Shown one piece after another: positions 10,522-17,560 of a stretch of DNA of 25,320 nt; the stretch's first letter is position 1; each line of letters opens with the position of its first letter. Under the pieces are notes generated by a model. The model did no database searches and was not told the origin of the DNA. It worked only from the letters and a program-made list of their open reading frames with translations. The translations under genes were made by a program, and so were the position numbers. The stretch is from IMG/VR virus record IMGVR_UViG_3300030207_000328, positions 1 through 25,320 of that record, one strand, 5' to 3'. The stretch comes from a virus (Duplodnaviria > Caudoviricetes).

Positions 10522-10657
10522 TTTTCTTTTTCTTCATCTTTGAAGCCATGATTTTTTTCTTCAATGCTTCAGGTAAATTCTTTTGTTTGCCTGATAGCTT
10601 TTGATCATTTGATGGTCTACCCTTTTGTGAACCATATGTTCCTTTACCCATTGGCAT
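10508..10657 (-). CDS. Small Lys-rich hypothetical protein, 49 aa
   Basis: RBS AAGGAG. Translated by hand: MPMGKGTYGSQKGRPSNDQKLSGKQKNLPEALKKKIMASKMKKKKNGSK. Fills the gap in the operon. Confidence 0.65.
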   Translation of the reverse strand: MPMGKGTYGSQKGRPSNDQKLSGKQKNLPEALKKKIMASKMKKKKNGSK

Positions 10658-10668
10658 AGTTTATCTCC

Positions 10669-10935
10669 TTAACAATCCCATTTACGAAGTGACTTATTAA
10701 TTCTGCTATTGGGATCGTTTGCTGTTTTAGCAGAAGTTAATTTTCTTTTCATACCACGCATCCTAGCACAAAAACTTTTTCGACGACTAGCAGACTTTGG
10801 ACTTTTCTTAGCTTGTTCTCTTGATACTGGTGGTTTAAGATTGCCACCTTTGGCATTGTAGGAAGCACGACCTTTTGCATTTAATCCACCCTCAGGGTTT
10901 TTACCTTCTTTTCTTTGCCAAGCTGGAGTTGCCAT
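10669..10935 (-). CDS. Small basic conserved phage protein (DUF6321-like, tentative)
   Basis: GKNP.GGLN.KGR, RRKSFCARM and SRINK.LRKW.C motifs. Confidence 0.65.
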   Translation of the reverse strand: MATPAWQRKEGKNPEGGLNAKGRASYNAKGGNLKPPVSREQAKKSPKSASRRKSFCARMRGMKRKLTSAKTANDPNSRINKSLRKWDC

Positions 10936-11193
10936 TTATAATTTGTTTCTCCAAGTTTCTTTACCATATATCCTTAACCATCTTTGTTCTAGCCTATCTA
11001 ACTCCCTTTCTGCATCTACATCTGGAGTATGAGCATTATCTAATAACTTATGTAAATTAATTATTTTTTGTTCCATATTTTTTCTTTGTTGCATCCAAGC
11101 TACTGTCTTATTTTTTGGTTCTTTGATTGGTATATTGTTATTTTTTTTCTTGGATTTTCTTATAGAAGCATTTAATTTTTTTTTATCAATCAT
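10936..11193 (-). CDS. Hypothetical basic protein
   Basis: ORF tiles exactly between its neighbours. Confidence 0.55.
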   Translation of the reverse strand: MIDKKKLNASIRKSKKKNNNIPIKEPKNKTVAWMQQRKNMEQKIINLHKLLDNAHTPDVDAERELDRLEQRWLRIYGKETWRNKL

Positions 11194-11378
11194 TATCTTT
11201 TTCTTTTTGTAAATCCTTTAGGTCCAGCAGTAATACTTTCACTTGTATCAACTGCTTTACTTGATGAATAAACATTTACACCAAATACACTTTGAGAAAT
11301 TTTATTTACCTTTTTTTTAAATCGTTCACCTCTTTCCTTATTTGCTTTTATCATTTTAGGATCATCTGTATAGAACAT
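11193..11378 (-). CDS. Hypothetical basic protein, 61 aa
   Basis: Coupled to the portal stop (TAATG); GGAGG upstream. Confidence 0.55.
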   Translation of the reverse strand: MFYTDDPKMIKANKERGERFKKKVNKISQSVFGVNVYSSSKAVDTSESITAGPKGFTKRKR

Positions 11379-12952
11379 TATTCTTCCTCCATCATAGGTT
11401 GCTGTTGTTGTTGCTGTTGAGCAAGCTGTGCTGTCATTCTAATTATCTCTTCACGGCTGGCTTTATCTCTAATAAGATTATCAGGAACACCAAACTTCCT
11501 TGCTAGATGTATAGATGTTTCTTCACTATCTATTAACAAGTTAATCATCTGTGGTCCAAATCTACCACCAACTAATTCTAAGAATCTGTCGACGGAAACA
11601 ATATCCTGTTGTGCCTGTGCTTGTGCCAATGGAGAAACAGATCTTACTTTTACTTCTCTACCATTGATTGTAGGTATCTCAATACGACCTTGTTTTTTTA
11701 GTATATGTACAACTCTTTGTAATACTGGTGTTACAAGTTCAGCTTGTAATCGACCGAAAGCAGAACCTATGCGTCTTGATAGATCAGCCATTCTTTCAGC
11801 AATCTCTGTAGCACTAGCTGGTGTTCTGTTTGGATCACCAAGCATATCATTATACAATGCTCTTTTGATATTATTACGCATATCATTTAACACAAGATCA
11901 GCGACATCAAATCTACCAGCAGTTGCTATTGGCTGTAATCCAGCAGAACCAGGCGACTTTGGAATTACAGTTCCCGGCACTAATGAAACATTGTCAGGAT
12001 TTATAACTCCATCATCTTCCATCTGATAGATACCAGATATAGCCATCTGTGCATTTTCTAATATTAGTTCAATAGTAAGGTTGGTAGTCTTGATTGCACT
12101 GAGGGCATTGATTAACGGACCTCTCCCATAAACCTCCCCAGATGCTTTCGACCAGCGATAAGCTATTATAGGACATGAACCAACACCCTCATACTGTTCA
12201 TCTAAAATCTTCTGTTTTGTCTCAAGATCAATAACGCAATATTTATGAGCCATAACATTAATTCTAGAATAATCTCTATATACTATTTCTAGTATCTTTC
12301 TTTTTTCTTCAGGACTTCTAAGGACTGCTTCTTTTATTTTTTGCGTAAGAATAGCTTTCGGATACGCAACCAAAAGCTGTCCACCCCTGATTTGACGTTC
12401 TCTATATATGGAGTCAACTCTGTCATCAGGACCGACATCCAAGACAACATGAGGTAATGGAATCGCTGAAAACCTAATCGGATTAACTGCATCACCCTCT
12501 TCGCATAATAGAACACCAGTTCCAACAGCACAGTCAAGAAACGACTCGTGTACTTCTTGAGCAAAGTTACTGTTTTGTAGAATCTCAAATACATAATCTG
12601 TTACTCCTTGCAGTTGAGAATTAACTTCATCTCTTTGTTCTTCAGGTACTTCTGAACCAGCAATAAAGTCAGCCCATCTTGCAAAGTTTGGTACAAGACC
12701 TGATTGCAACCTTGATGCAAATTCTTGTACACCGACGACGGCAGTTTCATCAAAAATTTTATCATCTCGTCTTTGACCAGGTGTTTCTGCATAAAAACTT
12801 TCTCTTTGTGGAAGAGCATACTCATAACATTCTTCAAACAATGATGTCCAATTATCTCTAAGTGACTTTGCTCTTTCATATCTTCTTAATAAATTATCTA
12901 CTGGTTTATCAGCACCAGTATTGATTGGTGTAATTGTATTTACTTCAACCAT
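11378..12952 (-). CDS. Portal protein (head-tail connector, T7 gp8-like), 524 aa
   Basis: IFD.TA......FASRL..GL.P, RW....GEVYGRGP, SATEI.ER and SPLA.AQ motifs. Confidence 0.93.
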   Translation of the reverse strand: MVEVNTITPINTGADKPVDNLLRRYERAKSLRDNWTSLFEECYEYALPQRESFYAETPGQRRDDKIFDETAVVGVQEFASRLQSGLVPNFARWADFIAGSEVPEEQRDEVNSQLQGVTDYVFEILQNSNFAQEVHESFLDCAVGTGVLLCEEGDAVNPIRFSAIPLPHVVLDVGPDDRVDSIYRERQIRGGQLLVAYPKAILTQKIKEAVLRSPEEKRKILEIVYRDYSRINVMAHKYCVIDLETKQKILDEQYEGVGSCPIIAYRWSKASGEVYGRGPLINALSAIKTTNLTIELILENAQMAISGIYQMEDDGVINPDNVSLVPGTVIPKSPGSAGLQPIATAGRFDVADLVLNDMRNNIKRALYNDMLGDPNRTPASATEIAERMADLSRRIGSAFGRLQAELVTPVLQRVVHILKKQGRIEIPTINGREVKVRSVSPLAQAQAQQDIVSVDRFLELVGGRFGPQMINLLIDSEETSIHLARKFGVPDNLIRDKASREEIIRMTAQLAQQQQQQQPMMEEE

Positions 12953-13164
12953 TACATTGGGTCCTTATAATATCCGATACCACCTGATTGTCCTGATATA
13001 AGTGATCGACGACCAACTTTTCCAGAGGAAACCTTTTTGTTAAACTCTTCTTGTTTCTTTTTCTCTGCTTCTTGTCTTTTCTTTTCTTCAGCCTTTTGCT
13101 TTTCGATTTCAGGATCGACTTTGGGTTCAGGCATTACCATTTTAGGACTTTTAAAAAAACACAT
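12952..13164 (-). CDS. Small virion assembly protein upstream of portal (T7 gp6.7/7.3-like position)
   Basis: Likely start MCFFKSPK at 13164 with a GGAG RBS; Pro/charged helix and GRRSLI motif. Confidence 0.6.
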   Translation of the reverse strand: MCFFKSPKMVMPEPKVDPEIEKQKAEEKKRQEAEKKKQEEFNKKVSSGKVGRRSLISGQSGGIGYYKDPM

Positions 13165-13254
13165 AATTTTCGATACTCCATTCAAATGACTTTAGCCACG
13201 CACAAAAATGATACATAGCCAAACCATATATTAATAAAAACACTCTTAACCTAA

Positions 13255-14772
13255 CTACATCCGTGACCACAAGCCAACTCTTCTTTGTTTTGGTCGTCGA
13301 CGAAAAACATCAAACTCAGGTTTTGCATTAAATGATCTTAGTGGTTTACTGTTTCCTATGATTGATCTACCCTCACCAGCACCCAACATTAGATATTGTA
13401 GTGCATCATGTATATGTGAATACATATTCTTATCAGGTTTGTCATCAAATCTTTCACCTGATACTTGTAATCTTCTATATTGGTATCCACCCTCAAAACC
13501 TTTTATTAGCTGTCGACAGCGATAGTCAACCATAAATGCTGGTACACCCTCAACCATCTTCATCAATGATTTATTTACAGCTTCTATTCTTAGAGATACA
13601 TCATTAGATGGTGCTGGTAATGCTCTTAATCCAGCACCTCTGAGTATTTGAAATGGTGTGCTTTCATCTGTTTGCGCCCTGAAGTCACCACTTGGATCAC
13701 CATATATCAGTGCTTCACAGTTCAAATATTTAGTTGCAATCTCTTCTCTTAACAGTTCAGAGAACCTTACTATACCCATATCAAAAGCAACTATCTCAGC
13801 TTGTATTAACCAACGACCTCTTACTTTCTGTGCAAATACTCCAGCTGGAGTTAGTCCAAAGTCTAATCCTATATATACTGGCTGACCATCTGCTACTGGT
13901 ATTTCTTCTTTTGATATATGAGTATCTCCTACAAACATTGGATATATTGGTTTACCATCAGAGATAGTACCAAGTTTGTTCATTACATATACATCTATCC
14001 AAGACTTTGTTTTTCCTTTAACAGTATTTTCATAGTATGTACTCAAAAGGTTTTTTCTGTTTTCTGCTTTACTGTTTTCTTTATAGTCGACGACAGTACC
14101 ATCTTCGTTTTTCTTTTCCAACATTCCTGGTGGCTGTGTAAAGAATAACCAGTTATCAGGTTTGACTAGCATCTTTATTTCTTCTTTTGGAATATGATCT
14201 GGTACTGGAACTTCACCTGACATAATCGCCCACCAGTGATCTTCCTCAGGTGCATTGGTATCACAGATTATACCTGACCAGCTTGGACCTCCATCTCTCA
14301 TAGATGGAAAACGACCAACACGCATGGTACAAGCATCAATAATTGATTTGGGTATCTCTCTTGCTTCATTAACCCATATACCAGTTAGTTCTAATGACAG
14401 TAGTTTTTTTACATCTTCAGGTCTATCAAGTGCTAAGAATATAACTTCAAGTTCCATATCACCTTTGCTTATAAAGTGAGTATATGGAACTTCCCATCTA
14501 AACTTACCCCATGTATTTTCTGGAAACCAATCTAACCACGTTTTGATTGTCGTTGTCCTAAGTTGTGGATTGGTATTTCTAATAATCGCCCACCTCGATT
14601 TACGAATACCCTTTTCGTTTTTTTTCTGTGCCAATGCTCGTCTAAAGACTTCGACACAACACGCCACCGACTTTCCACTTCCAACTGGACCACGCAGTCC
14701 TCTAAAGAACGAGTCATTTTTCATAAACTCCTTTAATACTTCACCATCAGGTTTGTACTTAAATGTTGTCAA
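13255..14772 (-). CDS. terL: Terminase large subunit, 505 aa
   Basis: Walker A GPVGSGKS, Walker B WVNEARE, coupling motif DTN, nuclease GLDFG and H.HDALQY. Confidence 0.93.
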   Translation of the reverse strand: MTTFKYKPDGEVLKEFMKNDSFFRGLRGPVGSGKSVACCVEVFRRALAQKKNEKGIRKSRWAIIRNTNPQLRTTTIKTWLDWFPENTWGKFRWEVPYTHFISKGDMELEVIFLALDRPEDVKKLLSLELTGIWVNEAREIPKSIIDACTMRVGRFPSMRDGGPSWSGIICDTNAPEEDHWWAIMSGEVPVPDHIPKEEIKMLVKPDNWLFFTQPPGMLEKKNEDGTVVDYKENSKAENRKNLLSTYYENTVKGKTKSWIDVYVMNKLGTISDGKPIYPMFVGDTHISKEEIPVADGQPVYIGLDFGLTPAGVFAQKVRGRWLIQAEIVAFDMGIVRFSELLREEIATKYLNCEALIYGDPSGDFRAQTDESTPFQILRGAGLRALPAPSNDVSLRIEAVNKSLMKMVEGVPAFMVDYRCRQLIKGFEGGYQYRRLQVSGERFDDKPDKNMYSHIHDALQYLMLGAGEGRSIIGNSKPLRSFNAKPEFDVFRRRPKQRRVGLWSRM

Positions 14773-14953
14773 TGTTGTTATCTTTACCAGCTTTTATAAG
14801 TTGTTCAACTGTAGCTGGACCTATTGTTGCAATTAATTTATCAGCTTCCCTATCAGATTTATGTTCATCAGGTACATACTGTAAATGTATTTTCTTAACA
14901 ATGGTTCTTAGTAATCGTCTTTCCTCAGGCTTTAGTATGTGTAAAAAACTCAT
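14759..14953 (-). CDS. Hypothetical protein
   Basis: Likely start MSFLHILKPEE at 14953 (ATGA overlap with the upstream gene); the ORF track extends it to 14995. Confidence 0.6.
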   Translation of the reverse strand: MSFLHILKPEERRLLRTIVKKIHLQYVPDEHKSDREADKLIATIGPATVEQLIKAGKDNNIDNI

Positions 14954-15432
14954 AGTTGTCCTGTTCGTTTTTGATAAAATAAATATCCTAGCCACATTAT
15001 CACAGCACCAACCAATGTACAGAGAAATATAACACCAGCTATATTCAATACTCTTGCTCTTAGTTCTTGTTGTGCATACAACTGTTCTTGTCTTTGCTTT
15101 CTTATCTTGGCTTGCATCTTCAATAAATCAGACCATGCGTTAGGACCATGCGTTAGATTAATCCAGTTACGCAGTTCTTCTTCCATAGCTTCTGCCTTTT
15201 TTTTCGCAGCAAATGCATCCATTGCTTCCTGTTCAACACTTGAACCAGCAAATAATTTTTTAAACAATGGTGGGTTCTTGGACATCTTCTCTGCATGGTT
15301 GACATCAGAAACAGCACCCATCCATCTTCCAATGTCACCATACATTGACTCCACATCCTTCCCCATCTGGAAGCCTTTTTTTATTAGGTTGAAGGCTGTT
15401 GAAGCTGTTGCAAGAGCAGTTACTGGGTCCAC
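14950..15432 (-). CDS. Hypothetical membrane-anchored phage protein, 160 aa
   Basis: GTG start MDPVTALA..., coiled-coil middle, single C-terminal transmembrane segment. Confidence 0.65.
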   Translation of the reverse strand: MDPVTALATASTAFNLIKKGFQMGKDVESMYGDIGRWMGAVSDVNHAEKMSKNPPLFKKLFAGSSVEQEAMDAFAAKKKAEAMEEELRNWINLTHGPNAWSDLLKMQAKIRKQRQEQLYAQQELRARVLNIAGVIFLCTLVGAVIMWLGYLFYQKRTGQL

Positions 15433-15434
15433 AA

Positions 15435-16232
15435 TTATCCCAGCAGTGATCGTATCTGCGACATGATACCAGTAAAACCACTCTTCTGTCGTCGTTTTCT
15501 TTTTCTTGAAAGTTCAGTAAGTAGAGTTGGTTCTATTTTTTCTCCAGTAACTAAGTCTAGTTTTGTTTCTTGTGGATTGTCTAGTCGGTTAACAATTCCA
15601 ACTTGCTCTTGTTGAAATGGTGTAAGACCTTTTCTTGTAAAACCTTTTGGTCCAGCCCTATCAGGTGTCATATCTATCAAAGAACCTTTACGACTAAAAC
15701 CTTTTGGTCCACCAGTTTTAACTGCCCTTGAATCTTGTACTCTTACAGATTGTGGGTCTGTGATAGCTTTGATTCTTGTTTCTTTACTAGCAAGTGTTGA
15801 TCCAGTAATAGGGTCTTTATAAATAGTTCCACTTTTTATCTGTCCACCTTTCAGTGTAAACTTTGTTGGACTCTTTGGCTTAGAAAGGGGTGGTGACATT
15901 TTTACTGGCTGGTTAGCTTCAGCTACTTTTCTTGTTATCTTAGGACCACTAGCTTTTGATACTACTGTCTGTATCTTCTTTGCATTGTCTGCACCTCGTG
16001 CTGGCGATTGTGCTTTTGATTTTGCTTTTGCAGATGCCAATGCTTCTTTTTGACTTTTTACTAAAGCAACTCTTGCTCTTTCTTTAGCTTGTGCTAATGC
16101 TTTTTGTGCATTGGCTTTCTCTTGTCTTTCCTTTTCTCTTTGGTCAGACCTAGACTCTTGTGCTGGTCTTGGCGATCTATTTTGTTTTTTCTTTTCTTCT
16201 TGTTTTGCTTTGTAAACACCTCTTGGTGGCAT
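15435..16232 (-). CDS. Highly basic, low-complexity hypothetical protein
   Basis: Likely start MPPRGVYK at 16232 with a GGGAG RBS; Lys/Arg/Ala-rich with two GPKGF.RKG repeats. Confidence 0.6.
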   Translation of the reverse strand: MPPRGVYKAKQEEKKKQNRSPRPAQESRSDQREKERQEKANAQKALAQAKERARVALVKSQKEALASAKAKSKAQSPARGADNAKKIQTVVSKASGPKITRKVAEANQPVKMSPPLSKPKSPTKFTLKGGQIKSGTIYKDPITGSTLASKETRIKAITDPQSVRVQDSRAVKTGGPKGFSRKGSLIDMTPDRAGPKGFTRKGLTPFQQEQVGIVNRLDNPQETKLDLVTGEKIEPTLLTELSRKRKRRQKSGFTGIMSQIRSLLG

Positions 16233-16233
16233 A

Positions 16234-16929
16234 TTAGTTCTCCCTATTTTTAGTTGATGTACTAGATTGCTTTGGTAAAGGCATTGCAGATAAAACTGCA
16301 TTTGCAAGTTTAGATTGCCTTACTGATTGACCTTCTGGTACATTCCAGTTAACAGCTAAGCTACTACTTTCTTTTGGATCAAAAGGTTTTCTATCTGGTT
16401 GTTCAGGAATACGAATACCAGCAAGCATCCTGCCTGGTCCATAAAGAACTCCACCTTGTTTAGCAAGTGCTTCTGGACCGGAAACAACTCTTGTAAATAA
16501 ATTATGTGCTAACTTTAAAGCAACATCTGTGTATCCAACATTTACTTTTTTTGAATCTTCTGTAAGAACATTGCCATCTGTATTTACATACTTTGTTCTA
16601 GGAAAGAAGTCATAAGTATCAATAACATTATAGCCATCTTCTGTTCTTCTTACACCAAATCCACCAAGTATTGTTTTTAGTTGTTTAGATGCACCTTCTA
16701 TATCTTCTTCAAAAATTGATTTTGTTTGAAAGAAAGCATTTATGTGTTCATATTTATACTGTCTGTATGTACCTACTTCGACGTCGCCCATTTGATCGTC
16801 AAGAAATGCCTGAAGTGCTTCCTGTGTTTCTTTACTTATCGACGACATCTTTAGTTCATCACTATCCATGAACTCAGGTAAAAGAGAGTTTGTTATAGCT
16901 TTTAAAAATATCTTTGTATTATCTTTCAT
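16234..16929 (-). CDS. Hypothetical protein, 231 aa
   Basis: Long ORF in the late operon; contains a TILGGF...Y.V.DTYDF motif; no function recognised. Confidence 0.6.
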   Translation of the reverse strand: MKDNTKIFLKAITNSLLPEFMDSDELKMSSISKETQEALQAFLDDQMGDVEVGTYRQYKYEHINAFFQTKSIFEEDIEGASKQLKTILGGFGVRRTEDGYNVIDTYDFFPRTKYVNTDGNVLTEDSKKVNVGYTDVALKLAHNLFTRVVSGPEALAKQGGVLYGPGRMLAGIRIPEQPDRKPFDPKESSSLAVNWNVPEGQSVRQSKLANAVLSAMPLPKQSSTSTKNREN

Positions 16930-17050
16930 ACTCTAGCTTATAAAGGAAAAAAATTATATCAGGCAACGCACAAACCGAACCTCTGTGAAATAAATGCGAG
17001 TGAGAGGGAAGTAACAGTAACAGTACAACGTTTTTTAACCCCCCTACCTA

Positions 17051-17437
17051 CTAAGTAAGATCGATCTGTACCTTAATTTCACCAGCGTGTAGGTGCATAT
17101 GTTTATCTGGTGCTTTGAATCCAGCTCTATCAAGGATATCTTTACTTGCTTCAAGCTGGACATACTCACTTTTAGCACCGCTGGCTAGCTTAACAAGCTT
17201 TGCACTAGCTAACGTAGCATTAACACCCAATGATTCTGTTATTCGTTTCATCATGTACTCTTGCACATGAGGTAGTCGCAAAGCTTTGCTAGCCGTGACT
17301 CTCCCAGAGTCACCACTAGCGTAGCCAGCTTCTTGGCTGGCTTTAGCTATACTACAACCTTCTGCTACGAGTGTATCAACTAAAAGCATCTGTTTCTTTG
17401 TCAAAGGTCGACGACCATTGTCTAAATCTGAACTCAT
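17051..17437 (-). CDS. terS: Terminase small subunit, 128 aa
   Basis: LT.KQ...V, A...AGYA....TASK.LR.P.V HTH and SE.V.L.AS.DILDRAG motifs; RBS AGGGGG. Confidence 0.8.
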   Translation of the reverse strand: MSSDLDNGRRPLTKKQMLLVDTLVAEGCSIAKASQEAGYASGDSGRVTASKALRLPHVQEYMMKRITESLGVNATLASAKLVKLASGAKSEYVQLEASKDILDRAGFKAPDKHMHLHAGEIKVQIDLT

Positions 17438-17455
17438 GACAACCCCCTAGTCCCC

Positions 17456-17485
17456 CTAATACTTCATCAAAATACTACTTGTCAA
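17456..17485 (-). promoter_or_regulatory. Putative sigma70-type promoter for terS
   Basis: Perfect TTGACA (17485-17480), 18-nt spacer, TATTAG, just upstream of the terS RBS. Confidence 0.45.
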
Positions 17486-17560
17486 CCTACAATTATAGGC
17501 TTGGCTTGCCAGGGGCAAGCTAGTCTTATTGTTGGTTGCTAAGCCTAACCAAAGTTGCGT

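Noticed and set aside
11398-11420. CAA/CAG repeat
   Set aside because: It encodes the poly-Gln tail common at podophage portal C-termini.
1677-16871. Short plus-strand ORFs in the track opposite the structural genes, and short nested same-strand ORFs
   Set aside because: They are shadow frames of long, recognisable minus-strand genes, with no recognisable motifs.
17011-17029. Short GTAACA tandem repeat downstream of terS as a possible pac signal
   Set aside because: Only about 2.5 copies of a hexamer, too weak to call without terminus mapping.
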